A stretch of 64,000 nt of DNA, taken from positions 225,308,001-225,372,000 of the forward strand of contig OZ024743.1 in assembly GCA_964016885.1 (NCBI GenBank), written 5' to 3'. Made by a program: the position numbers and the translations under genes. This document shows, in pieces, positions 1 through 12,076 of the stretch. The notes beneath the pieces are model-generated. The model ran no database searches and was not told the DNA's origin. It worked only from the letters and a program-made list of their open reading frames with translations. The DNA is from Eledone cirrhosa (taxonomy: Eukaryota). Position 1 is the first letter of the stretch, and each line of letters starts with the position of its first letter.

Positions 1-1517
1 GCTCCTCTATATACTCTGATTTTATCACTCTGATTGTAACCAGAGGACTGCATACGGTGGATGAAGTGTTGTATGTGTATCTCTAGTTCTTTGGGGTTGC
101 ACATGCAGGACACGTTTCTCATCACCCATACCAAATCTGCAATCAGTATGTTGATTTTGGTGTGGTCCAAAACAGCTGAGTTTCGGTGGATCAGATATTT
201 GGTAGTCATGGGTTTGGCATAATGGGAATGGAGGATTTGTTTTTTGTTATTAATGGTATCTAACCAGAGCTCTGTATGTAGTACAGGTAATCAATAGTTG
301 GGGTGTTTGTTTGGGTAGTCTATAGTAACTCTAATGCTCTGGTGGATGGAGTTAGCTATTTGCTGGATGCTTTCCATTGTGTTTTTCTCTAATTCCTGAC
401 TGTTCTCTAGTGGGGGTGTTTTTACTACGATGTTTATATCATCAACGTAGCGGGAGTACATTATCAGGGTTAAGAGGTTGCTGTCATCTAATTGTTCTTT
501 AAGTTTAACTTTAAGTCTATTGTCCCACCATACCATGAATAGGTTAGCTATGTCACCTGCAATGCTAACACCAATGGCTGCTCCCTCCTCTTGGGCATGT
601 TTTTCCATTAAATTTGAACATATGTTCCTTAAGGGTTAATTTTATACTAGCCCCACTGCATATGCAATCATTTTATTTAGTTCATCGTGGTTTTCGGGGG
701 TCCGTATGGCTCTGGTCCACCCGTTCCATCTATCTGTGTGGGTTTTATTGGCCATTGAGGTAATGGTTGGTGGTCTGCCTCTTGCTGGTCTTGTAGGGCA
801 CAGGCTGCTAAGGTCATATGTATCTAGATAATCATTACTATAGGTAAGTTTAAGTAGGAGTCCCAGCTCACTGGTATCAATCCCACGGATCTCAACATTG
901 CTCTCACTGATCATTTCTACGCATTTCTCAACAGCAAAATCCACGTCAATAGATGGATATAGGGACACAACATCCATACTGCGTATTATGCAGTTTGTTA
1001 GGTCCCTAGATCGGTTACTTTCGTTGATTCTGCTGAGGAGGTCCTCCGTGCTATCACATATATCTGGGGACATTTCAATGATGGGGCGTATGATCAGGGA
1101 GAAGAAGTAGGAAAGTCTGTAGTTACTAGCAATGTTAGCTCCACAGACTGGCCGAGTTGGTGGTCCTGTGACAGGGTCACTGCTCATTTTATGGTCTTTT
1201 TGAAGCTTATACAACGCTGGCACGTCATTGTTTCAGGCCTGGAAGTTGTTGGCAGTCCTTTTGTTGGGCTGCATTATGTTTGTCCATATCATCTTATGGG
1301 CATTGAGGGTTTTTTCCCTATCCTCATGCTCTTGTGGTGTTACTTCTCTTGTGTTAGTGATGTGGGGTTGCATTGCCGGGATGTAGTTTGGCAGACTGTC
1401 AACCGACATTCTGCCAGACTTGTCTGTTGGAAAGCATGCAATCTCTCCATTATGTGAGCGCTGCATGAGCTTATGCAAGCCATTTGCAGATTTTTCTCCC
1501 AGTTGCTGGGCCTCCAT
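1..1517 (-). pseudogene. Penelope-type reverse transcriptase, interrupted by stops and a frameshift
   Basis: PTDKSGR, LYKLQKDHK, RPVCGA, DVVSLYPSI, GAAIG, YVDD and LPVL motifs in order. Confidence 0.85.
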
Positions 1518-1520
1518 TCT

Positions 1521-1953
1521 ATTTTGGATTCTATTTTTATTTCCATGTTCTCTAATCTACCCCTGTGTTCTATCTTAGCATGTTGGTAGAGCACAGATGA
1601 TTCTTTATTATCTTGGAGGTCTCGCCAGTGTTCATTTATTCGTTCCCCTATACTACGAGCTGTCTCACCTATGTACACTATATTTTTGTTTCTACATTGT
1701 CCTTCTGTACATCTTATGCTATACACTACATTTCTAGTTTTACAGTTAATATGGGGGCTTATCATCTGTGCTCTACCAACATGCTAAGATAGAACACAGG
1801 GGTAGATTAGAGAACATAGAAATAAAAATAGAATCCACACACAGAAAAGACGCAATGTTTAGGCAAATTACAGAGGCAGTAAGCATAAAAGAATTAAAAC
1901 CAAAATTAAATAGAAAATATGAGTGGAACAGCAACATCACAACTTACAATTAA
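1521..1953. pseudogene. GIY-YIG endonuclease fragments in opposite orientations (1521-1760 minus, 1761-1953 plus)
   Basis: The two ORFs share LYQHAKIEHRGRLEN; the plus piece ends RQITEAVSIKELKPKLNRKYEW, typical of a PLE EN C-terminus. Confidence 0.85.
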
Positions 1954-2185
1954 GGACAAAATGAAAACACACACAGGACAAAATGAAAACACACACACAC
2001 ATAGAACAAACAACCAACCAACAATAAATAAATTAAATAAATAAACAAATAGATAAATGAACACAAACACACACAGACACCCGGATGTGGCGCATGCGCA
2101 AACTGAGCACACAACACACACACAGAAACAAAATGGCGTAGGATAGAAGAAAGGAAAGGCACAGAAACAAAGGAAAGGAATCCCC

Positions 2186-2230
2186 AGTCACTGAAGAGTT
2201 CACAGAGTGTGTGACGAAAGGACTATGACT
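2186..2230 (+). ncRNA. Minimal type I hammerhead ribozyme in Penelope pLTR
   Basis: AGTCA-CTGAAGA-GTTCACA gagtg TGTGAC-GAAA-GGAC-TA-TGACT: 5-bp stem I, canonical core, stem II with a bulge, very short stem III. Confidence 0.7.
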
Positions 2231-2444
2231 ATATATAAACAACTATCTGGTTGTGGAACCAACCAACCAACCAGAAATTTATAAGTTTGTAAATTTATAA
2301 ATTTATAAATATATAATAAATTGAAGTGAAAGCAACTGGTGCGTGTGTTTCTTATTGGCAACATGACCCTCCCAAAGTATAACAATATCGGTTTCAACAC
2401 ACGATTTCAGATAAAGAATCTTGCTAAACAAATTCAGAAACGAA

Positions 2445-2489
2445 ATATATATATATGCATATATATATATGCATATATATATATATATA

Positions 2490-2527
<38 letters not shown>

Positions 2528-2577
2528 TATATATATATATATATATATGCATATATATATATATATACATATATATA
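2445..2577. repeat. (TA)n microsatellite with GCAT interruptions
   Basis: Direct reading. Confidence 0.95.
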
Positions 2578-4292
2578 GCCTTCGACAGAGTCCCCCGTTC
2601 CATTATCTGGTGGTCTCTTAGAAAACTAGGTGTTGACGAATGGCTTGTGAGAGCTATACAAGCCATGTATAAAAAACAGTCAGTAAGGTTAGAATTAACA
2701 ACGAATATAGTGAAGAGTTTTGCGTAAAAGTTGGTGTCCATCAGGGCTCTGTTCTTAGCCCCCTACTATTTATTATTGCCCTTCAGGCTATAACAGAGGA
2801 GTTCAAGACCGGCTGCCCATAGGAACTCCTATACGCAGATGATCTAACGCTCATAGCTGAATCAATGACCGAACTAGAGAAGAAATTCCAAACATGGAAG
2901 CACGGCCTAGAATCAAAAGGCCTTAAAATTAACCTGGCTAAGACTAAAGTTCTAGTTTGTAGGAAAGAAAATAAGGCGGCAGTCCCATCTGGGAAATGGC
3001 CATGCTCAGTGTGTAGGAAAGGCGTAGGTAGAAACTCCATTTTATGTCCCAAATGCAAAGTATGGGTGCATAAAAGATGTAATGGGATCACAGGTAAGCT
3101 AACTAAGAACATAGATTTTACATGTGGCCGGTGCTCTGGTGTAATAAGTAGCAGCAAGTGACCACAAAATACTAGCTCCTTCAACTGCGCAGAGGGTTCT
3201 ATAGAAATAGTGGACAGCTTCCGTTACCTGGGTGACAAAATCAGCAGTGGGGGAGGGTGCTCTGAAAGTACAGTAGCTAGAGTCAGAACTGGATGGAAAA
3301 AGTTCAGAGAGCTTATACCACTATTAGCCGCTAGAGGGTTCTCCCTAAAAATGAAAGGCAGGTTATACGATGCCTGCATACGAACAGCAATGCTGCATGG
3401 CAGTGAGACCTGGGCATTGTGTGCAGAGGATATACGCAGACTAGAGAGGAACGAAGCTTGCATGCTCCGCTGGATGTGCAATAGTAATATACGTGAACGG
3501 CAAAGCATAAACGAACTAAGGAAAAAATTAGAAATAAGAGGGATCAGATGTTGTTTACTCGAGAGAAGGCTACGTTGGTACGGTCACGTGATGCGCATGA
3601 AAGACGACAGCTGTATAACAAAGTGCAGGGCAATAAAGATAGACGGTATCCACGGAGTAGGCAGACTCAGAAAAACATGGGACGAGCTGATAAATTCCGA
3701 CCTCACACGCTTACACCTCTCCAAAACAATGTCACTGGACCGAGACCTTTGGCAGTACTCAGTAATAGAGAAGACCCGCCTTACCTAAATACAAAGTAAA
3801 AACCTACTACAGTCAGTAGGCATCTCTATCAAAACACACCCCCGTCCCACCACCTCCACCCCATCCACACCGCCCCTTTCAATGTAAAGTTATGTTGGTC
3901 CCACAACATCCAGGCCGAAACAAATGAGATCGTGTAGGTGTCACGACAAAAAACACACAGTCCACGCTGTAAATGTGGCCGTGTAGGCAACACGGTAAAA
4001 ACCTCCCAGCCCCACACTGTAAATGTGGTTGGTGTTAGGAAGGGCATCCAGCTGTAGAAAACCCGCCAGACAGTCCACACTGTAATGTGGCCGTGTAGGC
4101 AACATGGTAAAAACCTCCCAGCCCCACACTGTAAATGTGGTTGGTGTTAGGAAGGGCATCCAACTGTAGAAAACCCGCCAGACAGTCCTATGCGAGCAAG
4201 ACAACCACTCTTGCCTCAAGTGGGAAAACCCCCGTCCAAACCCATGCAAGCGTGGAACACGGACGCTAAACCTGATGATGATGATGATGATG
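2578..4292 (+). mobile_element. 5'-truncated RTE LINE (RT C-terminal half, PHD-like finger, repeated 3' UTR, (GAT)n tail)
   Basis: AFDRVP...LLYADD, WPCSVC..CPKC..HKRC..CGRC, SFRYLG, MLHGSETW and RLRWYGHV motifs; closely similar to 45950-47680. Confidence 0.95.
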
Positions 4293-4334
4293 ATATATGC
4301 ATATATATATATATATATATGCATATATATATAC

Positions 4335-4375
<41 letters not shown>

Positions 4376-4412
4376 TATATATATATGCATATATATATAT
4401 ATACATATATAT
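4293..4412. repeat. (TA)n microsatellite with GCAT interruptions
   Basis: Direct reading. Confidence 0.95.
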
Positions 4413-4681
4413 GTAACTTAGGTAATACAGCCTCGACAGAAGCGTAATGCTTGCTTATAACACACAATAGACACATACAGGACCCCTTTCGTGAAATACC
4501 AATGTATGGAACATTACATTCATGTAACCATCTTACTTTACTTTACTTTATATTCCTTATTCCATCTTATCTTTATCAAAATTTTCATTATCTCATTTGA
4601 TGTTCTGAAGTGCGACTCCATAATATTACCTAAGTTACTTATCTACATATATATATATTTATATGTATGTATGTATGTATG

Positions 4682-4729
<48 letters not shown>

Positions 4730-4771
4730 TATATACATACATATATATATATATACATACATACATATATA

Positions 4772-5345
4772 TGGTGGCTGCCAACTCGTTTTCGAGTACG
4801 GCCACTACTTTATATCCATGTAGGAGAACCCCTACCGAAGCGCTGAACGAGTGTGACTTTATAGTCCAGCCAGCGACTTGAAAACTCTGGTACAAACACT
4901 ACACTTGTGACAATTATTGACATATAGTGCTGGGCCCATGGTACCATGTGACGACAAGTGCAGAGAGATCTCCAGATATAAAGCAATGCCTGTGCCGTGA
5001 AGCTTTCATAGTGAGCAAAGCCACTGCATAAAGCCAGTCCCACTCTCTTAACCAAGATGATATTTACCAAAAAGAAGAACAAGTCAACATCATTGGATAC
5101 CATCAGGGTTGCAGGTGTTATATCTCCTAGAATTCTGCCTTGACAAAGGCTAAGGGGTCATCTCTCCCGGTGATTTTGGATGGCTATTGACTCTTAATAG
5201 CTCCTTTACCCTTTGACAGATTTTGTTTTTAGTCCTGCAGTATGTCCAGAGTCACCCTCCTCACCAAGAAACCTTGGTGGGGTTGCCAGTTTAGTCGCCA
5301 ACGACCCGACCATGGGACAGGTTGTACTGGAATACATGTTACAGT
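4772..5345 (-). mobile_element. Non-autonomous bipartite RTE/BovB-like element (putative 5' UTR fused to C2H2-encoding 3' end)
   Basis: 3' part reads [22 protein letters not shown] and ends in a CTCGAAAACGAG hairpin; the 5' part is non-coding with a CACCAAG/CTTGGTG hairpin; flanked by TA repeats. Confidence 0.6.
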
Positions 5346-5351
5346 AACACC

Positions 5352-5365
5352 ATACATATATATAC

Positions 5366-5399
<34 letters not shown>

Positions 5400-5597
5400 A
5401 TATATATACATACATACATACATTATATATATATATATATACATACATACATACATTACATATATATATATACATACATACATACATTACATATATATAT
5501 ATATACATACATACATACATTACATATATATATACATACATACATACATACATATATATATACATACATACATTACATACATTACATATATATATAT

Positions 5598-5630
<33 letters not shown>

Positions 5631-5752
5631 TACATACATACATTACATACATTACATATATATATATATACATACATACCTACATTACATATATATACAT
5701 ACATACATACATACATATATATATACGCATACATATATATATATATATATAC

Positions 5753-5805
<53 letters not shown>

Positions 5806-6043
5806 CATACATATATATACATACATACCTACATTACATATATATATATATATACATACATACCTATATATATATATATATATATATACATACATATATA
5901 TATACACATACATATATATATATATACACATACATACATATATATATATACACATACATACATATATATACACATACATACATATATATATATACACATA
6001 CATACATATATATATATACACATACATACATATATATATATAC

Positions 6044-6138
<95 letters not shown>

Positions 6139-6139
6139 C

Positions 6140-6186
<47 letters not shown>

Positions 6187-6213
6187 CATATATATATATA
6201 TATATATACATAG

Positions 6214-6244
<31 letters not shown>

Positions 6245-6249
6245 CATAG

Positions 6250-6320
<71 letters not shown>

Positions 6321-6531
6321 CATACATATATATATATATATACATAAATACATATATATATATACATAAATACATATATATATATATATATACATAAATA
6401 CATATATATATATACATAAATACGTATATATATATGTATACATACATATACATATATATACATATACATACATACATATATATACATATACATACATACA
6501 TACATATATATATACACATACATACACATAA

Positions 6532-6566
<35 letters not shown>

Positions 6567-6675
6567 GATACATATATATATACATACATACACATAAATA
6601 TATATATACATACATACACATAAATATATATATACATACATATATATATATACATACACACACATATATACATAC

Positions 6676-6708
<33 letters not shown>

Positions 6709-6780
6709 CATACATACATATATACATACATATATATATATACATACATACATATACATACATATATATATATATACATA
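5352..6780. repeat. ~1.4 kb compound (TA)/(TACA)n microsatellite
   Basis: Direct reading; source of the spurious YI/HT-rich ORFs. Confidence 0.97.
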
Positions 6781-7331
6781 CAAACTTTTGAAGAGACAGG
6801 ACACTTTTCCCTTATCTGCTAAAATGTATCATTAGAGTTGATTTCAATTCGTTACAGCCATCCATCCATACTAATCTTCGAAGGTATTTTAGTCTATATA
6901 TTGTTGTTAATATTAATGCTGTTTTCCTGCTGTATTATCGATAAATTTCCGAAGGTTTCTTAGTAGTTTTCATGACGTTATTATTGTTAATTTTACTGGT
7001 GTATTAACTTGGATATTTACCATGCGGTCTTCTAATTCTATTGTATCTCTCTCGTCGGTTATTTACCATGCGACCCTCAGTGCCTACCTCACAATTTCCT
7101 TCCCAACCACCCCCACACACCACCATAGCCGATTCGACCAATCAAACCTCAGCATGCCATTTCCACTGCTGCTGCTACTACCTACCTAACTAACTCTCTC
7201 CTCCTCTGGCGCAGCCCAACACACCCTGCCATTACCCCACCACCACTGTTCTTCTAGCCCTCAATTTTCCCACCGTTATGGATGGATAAGCTGAGAATAC
7301 ATTTGAGTAACTCTGAATCAATAGATGAAAT

Positions 7332-7931
7332 ATGAATCTGCGAGCTACCAAGCACCCACGTGAAGCGCCAACCCAGAGACCCTCCCCTACGAGTGTCGAC
7401 AAATGCCCAAAACTCCGAGTTGGTACCATCAATGTAGGCTCAATGAAAGGAAGAGCAGGAGAAATCGTAGACATGCTAGAGCGAAAGGAAGTTGATGTAT
7501 GCTGTGTGCAAGAGACTAGATGGAGAGGAGAGTCTGCTAGAGTCCTTGTAGGAAAAAGCCAGTGCTACAAATTTTTCTGGGTGGGAAATGACGATGGGAT
7601 GGGTGTTGTAGGTATACTATTAGCTGACAAGTGGGTAGATAAAGTAATCTCAGTGTACAGGGTAAATGCAAGAATCATTAAACTCAGACTAGTCCTGAAT
7701 AAGACAATTACCACAATAATATCAGCTTACGCACCCCAATCGGGGCTGCCAGACGAACTTAAGGATAGGTTTTACGAGTCCCTAATACACACTACTGCTC
7801 TAACAGACAAGGACTTCCTAATCATCGCAGGAGATTTTAACGGACACGTAGGTAAACACTGCGACAGCTTCAATAGAGTACATGGAGGCCATGGAGTGGC
7901 ACAAGGAATGAGGAAGGATTCAGACTTCTAG
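7332..7931 (+). CDS. RTE apurinic-like endonuclease (N-terminal part, frameshifted into the RT ORF)
   Basis: GTINVGS, CCVQETRW, SAYAPQ and AGDFNGHVG motifs. Confidence 0.9.
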   Translation: MNLRATKHPREAPTQRPSPTSVDKCPKLRVGTINVGSMKGRAGEIVDMLERKEVDVCCVQETRWRGESARVLVGKSQCYKFFWVGNDDGMGVVGILLADKWVDKVISVYRVNARIIKLRLVLNKTITTIISAYAPQSGLPDELKDRFYESLIHTTALTDKDFLIIAGDFNGHVGKHCDSFNRVHGGHGVAQGMRKDSDF

Positions 7932-7951
7932 AATTCTGCGACGCCAATGGC

Positions 7952-10450
7952 ATGTCGATATGTAACACAAACTTTAAAAAACCCGACAACCACCTGATCG
8001 CCTATAGATCAGGGGAGCACTCTAGTCAGTTAGATTTTATCCTCATCAGAGGACGTGACAGATGGACGGTCGTAAACACAAAAGCCTTCCTTAGTGAGGA
8101 ATGTACATCCCAACATAGCTTAGTTGTCAGCGACCTCACGGTCAGAACTAGACGAACCCGGAAACAGAGGCCAACCTGGAGAAGAAAGATCTGGAAGCTG
8201 AAAGTCCCCTCAACCAGTAACAGATTTAAAGATATTTTACTCAATGCCTACGACAGTAAAGAGGAACAGATAGAGACATTTAACGTAGAAGAGAACTGGG
8301 AGTTCCTAAAAAAAAATAATTTACTAGAGGCGACGGATGAGGTCTGTGGCTGGAGTAAGACCTCAAGCAGGAGGAGAGTGACTTGGTGGTGGAACAATAA
8401 GGTAGATGAAGCAGTTAAGGCCAAGAGACAGGCATGGAAAGAATGGAAGAACGGGGGGAGCAGGGTACATTACATAGAGACCAAGAGGGAAGCTAGGCGA
8501 CAAGTATACTTAGCTAGGAGGGAAGCAGAGGATAGAAAATTCAAGCATGTTTTACGTGAGGACCAGAAACAGGAGGTATTCAAGATTGCGAGGCAGTGTG
8601 TCAGAGATAGTTGTGATGTCATTGGAGAGAAGTGTATCCGGAATGATAAAGGTGAGCTTGCCCTCACAAGTGCTGAGAAGAAAGATGCATGGAAGAGTCA
8701 TTATGATAGATTACTAAATGAGGAGAATGCATGGGAAGAAGAGACCCTACCCCAAGTAGACCCTATAGAGGGACCAGCAGTACAAGTCAGCAGCAGCGTA
8801 GTAAGTAAGGCAATCAAAGATATGAAGATGGGGAAGGCAACCGGTCCATCGGGTATAGCTGCCGAGATGCTGAAGGCATCTGGGTCTGTAGGTCACACTA
8901 TAACCACACGTATCGTTAACCAGGTAATACTAGAAGGGGCCATACCAAAAGATTGGTGCAGTAGCATCATTGTCAACTGCTACAAAGGCAAAGGCGATGC
9001 ACTAGATAGAGGAAACTATAGAGGTATAAAGTTGATGGACCAGGTCATGAAAGTAACAGAAAGAGTTATAGCACAGCTGATTAGGGACCGGGTGAATATA
9101 GACGAGATGCAATTTGGGTTTGTACCAAGAAGAAGCACCACTGATGCCCTCTTCCTTGTGAGGCAATTACAGGAAAAGTACCTAGCTAAAAGTAAGCCAC
9201 TCTACTTGGCATTTGTCGACCTTGAGAAAGCCTTTGACAGAGTTCCACGTGCTGTAATCTGGTGGGCTCTTAGAAAACTAGGAGTAGATGAATGGCTTGT
9301 GAAAGCGGTACAAGCCATGTATAAGGGAGCAGTCAGCAAAGTTAGGATTAGCAATGAGTATAGCGAGGAATTTAGCGTACAGGTTGGGGTCCACCAGGGC
9401 TCTGTTCTTAGCCCTCTCCTGTTCATCATAGTCCTGCAGGCAATAACGGAGGAGTTTAAGACCGGATGCCCATGGGAACTCCTGTATGCTGATGACCTCG
9501 CACTCATAGCTGAATCTATGGTAGAACTAGAGAATAAATTCCAAACCAGGAAGCAGGGACTAGAGAGAAAGGGTCTCAAAGTCAACATGACAAAGACTAA
9601 GGTCCTTGTAAGTAGACGAGAAAACAGAACCCAGATCCCCTCGGGGAAATGGCCTTGCTCAGTATGTAGGAAAGGTGTAGGTAGGAACTCCATTCTCTGC
9701 CCCAAATGCAAACAATGGGTACACAAGAGATGTAGCGGGATCTCAGGAAGCTTAATTAAGAATGTAGGATTCACATGCAGCAGCTTTGCTGAAACAGCAA
9801 GCAGCAAACAGCCACAGGAAACAAGTACCACCAATCTCTGGGAGGGCCCTGTAGAAACAGTAGACAGCTTCTGCTACCTAGGTGACCGAATTAGCAATGG
9901 AGGTGGGTGTTCAGAAAGTACAATAACTAGGGTAAGAACGGGATGGAAGAGGTTTAGGGAACTACTACCACTGCTAGCTGCAAAAGGCTTCTCTCTCAGA
10001 ATGAAAGGCAGACTGTATGATGCGTGTATCCGAACAGCGATGTTGCATGGTAGTGAGACCTGGGCGCTGAAGGTGGAAGACTTACGTAGATTAGAGAGAA
10101 ACGAAGCCTGCATGCTCCGATGGATGTGTAACAGTAATATACGTGAACGACAAAGCATAAATGAATTGAGAGAGAGACTGAGCATAAGAGGAATCAAATG
10201 CTGTGTGCAGGAGAGGCGGTTGCGCTGGTATGGACATGTGATGCGTATGAAGGATGACAGCTGCATAAAAAGGTGCAGAGCACTAGAAGTTGATGGAAAC
10301 CGCGGAGTGGGGAGACCCAAGATGACCTGGGATGAGGTGATAAAAGCCGACCTTACCCAATTACACCTCTCAAAGACAATGACACACGACCGTGACTTCT
10401 GGCGTCACACAGTAATACAGAGTACCCGACCTCCCATGGGTACATGCTGA
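7952..10450 (+). CDS. RTE reverse transcriptase with internal PHD-like finger
   Basis: 832-aa ORF: [44 protein letters not shown]. Confidence 0.95.
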   Translation: MSICNTNFKKPDNHLIAYRSGEHSSQLDFILIRGRDRWTVVNTKAFLSEECTSQHSLVVSDLTVRTRRTRKQRPTWRRKIWKLKVPSTSNRFKDILLNAYDSKEEQIETFNVEENWEFLKKNNLLEATDEVCGWSKTSSRRRVTWWWNNKVDEAVKAKRQAWKEWKNGGSRVHYIETKREARRQVYLARREAEDRKFKHVLREDQKQEVFKIARQCVRDSCDVIGEKCIRNDKGELALTSAEKKDAWKSHYDRLLNEENAWEEETLPQVDPIEGPAVQVSSSVVSKAIKDMKMGKATGPSGIAAEMLKASGSVGHTITTRIVNQVILEGAIPKDWCSSIIVNCYKGKGDALDRGNYRGIKLMDQVMKVTERVIAQLIRDRVNIDEMQFGFVPRRSTTDALFLVRQLQEKYLAKSKPLYLAFVDLEKAFDRVPRAVIWWALRKLGVDEWLVKAVQAMYKGAVSKVRISNEYSEEFSVQVGVHQGSVLSPLLFIIVLQAITEEFKTGCPWELLYADDLALIAESMVELENKFQTRKQGLERKGLKVNMTKTKVLVSRRENRTQIPSGKWPCSVCRKGVGRNSILCPKCKQWVHKRCSGISGSLIKNVGFTCSSFAETASSKQPQETSTTNLWEGPVETVDSFCYLGDRISNGGGCSESTITRVRTGWKRFRELLPLLAAKGFSLRMKGRLYDACIRTAMLHGSETWALKVEDLRRLERNEACMLRWMCNSNIRERQSINELRERLSIRGIKCCVQERRLRWYGHVMRMKDDSCIKRCRALEVDGNRGVGRPKMTWDEVIKADLTQLHLSKTMTHDRDFWRHTVIQSTRPPMGTC

Positions 10451-10880
10451 AGCATATAAACAATATGCCCCCACACCCCCCACCGCAAGGTGGTCGTGGA
10501 GGTGCCACGGCAAAAAAGCACCCAACCCACACTGTAAAGTGGACGTGTAGGCGCCACGAAAAAACACCCAGCACTCACTGTAAATGAGGTTGGTGTTAGG
10601 AAGGGCATCCAGCTGTAGAAATCAAGCCAGATCAGTTCCTGTATGAGCAAGGAATGGTCAGCCGACCAGACACTGCACACAACAGGACAACCCGTCTAAC
10701 CCATGCTAGCGTGGAAGAACGGACGTAAAACGGTGATGATGATGATGATGATGATGATGACATACATATATACATACGTATATATATACATACATATATA
10801 CATACATATATATATATATACATACATACATACATATATACATACATACATATATATATATATACATAAATATATATATA

Positions 10881-11222
10881 CATCATCATCATCATTTCAT
10901 TTTACGTCCGCTTTTCCCTGCTTGCAAGGGTGGCACGGGAACTGATTCTGGCTTGATTTCTACAGCTGGATGCCCTTCCTAACACCAACCTCATTTACAG
11001 TGAGTGCTGGGTGCTTTTTTGCCGTGGCACCTCCACGACCACTTTGCAGTGGAATGATAGAGACCCCAGTCCCTATCATCTCATTTCTACAGCTGAGTAA
11101 ACTGGAGCAATGTGAAATAAAGTCTCTTGCTCAAGGAAACAACACATCACCCGGTCTGAGAATGGAAATCACAACCTTTCGATTGCAAGGCCAATGCTCT
11201 AACAACTAAGCCATATGCCTCC
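10881..11222 (-). mobile_element. tRNA-derived CORE-like SINE followed by an RTE-type 3' tail
   Basis: Head with TGGCTTAGTTGTTAG A-box-like motif; TGTTTCCTTGAGCAAGAGACTT core-like motif; tail matches the RTE 3' UTR at 10490-10760 and ends in (GAT)n. Confidence 0.7.
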
Positions 11223-11820
11223 ATACATATATATATATACTTACATACATATATATATATATACATACATACATATATATATACATACATATATATATAC
11301 ATACATACATATATATATATATACATACATATACATACATATACATACATATACATACATACATATATATATATATATACATACATACATACATATATAT
11401 ATATACATACATACATATATATATATATACATACATATATATATACATACATATATACATACATACATACATATATATATATATATACATATATACATAC
11501 ATACATATATATATATATACATATATATACATACATATATATATATATATACATATATATACATACATATATATATATATATACATATATATACATACAT
11601 ATATATATATATATACATACATACATACATATATATATACATACATCCATACATATATATATACATACATACATATATATATATACATACATACATATAT
11701 ATATACATACATACATATATATATACATACATACATATATATATACATACATATATATATACATACATACATACATATATACATACATACATATATATAT
11801 ATACATACATACATATATAC

Positions 11821-11863
<43 letters not shown>

Positions 11864-11967
11864 CATATATATATACATACATATATATATATATATATAT
11901 ACATCCATACATATATATATATATACATACATACATATATATATATATACATACATACATACATATA

Positions 11968-12057
<90 letters not shown>

Positions 12058-12076
12058 CATACATATATATATATAT
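11223..12076. repeat. (TA)/(TACA)n microsatellite
   Basis: Direct reading. Confidence 0.97.

Larger units (their letters stand above)
1..2420 (-). mobile_element. Penelope-like retroelement (decayed, rearranged, with inverted pLTR segment); runs off the window start
   Basis: Minus-strand RT fragments (291-608 YSRYVDD, 642-1223 SMDVVSLYPSI, 1233-1517), a GIY-YIG fragment (VVYSIRC...YIGETARSIGERINEH), and a plus-strand inverted copy of the EN C-terminus and UTR from 1761. Confidence 0.85.
6781..10760 (+). mobile_element. Near full-length RTE-clade LINE
   Basis: Single APE+RT reading frame broken by one frameshift near 7896; repeated 3' UTR; (GAT)n tail; TA-repeat flanks; 5' boundary approximate. 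Confidence 0.95.

Noticed and set aside
291-1235. Two in-frame TGA codons in the Penelope 1 RT as recoding
   Set aside because: Non-Cys positions in a copy that also has TAA stops and a frameshift; ordinary decay
5190-5312. Twister or HDV-like ribozyme in the putative RTE 5' UTR
   Set aside because: Only a partial match (GGGTAAAGGAG); I could not build the required pseudoknots by eye
5206-6835. Long YI/HT/MYV-rich ORFs (also 11147-12199 and 15976-16678)
   Set aside because: Artefacts of stop-free microsatellite frames
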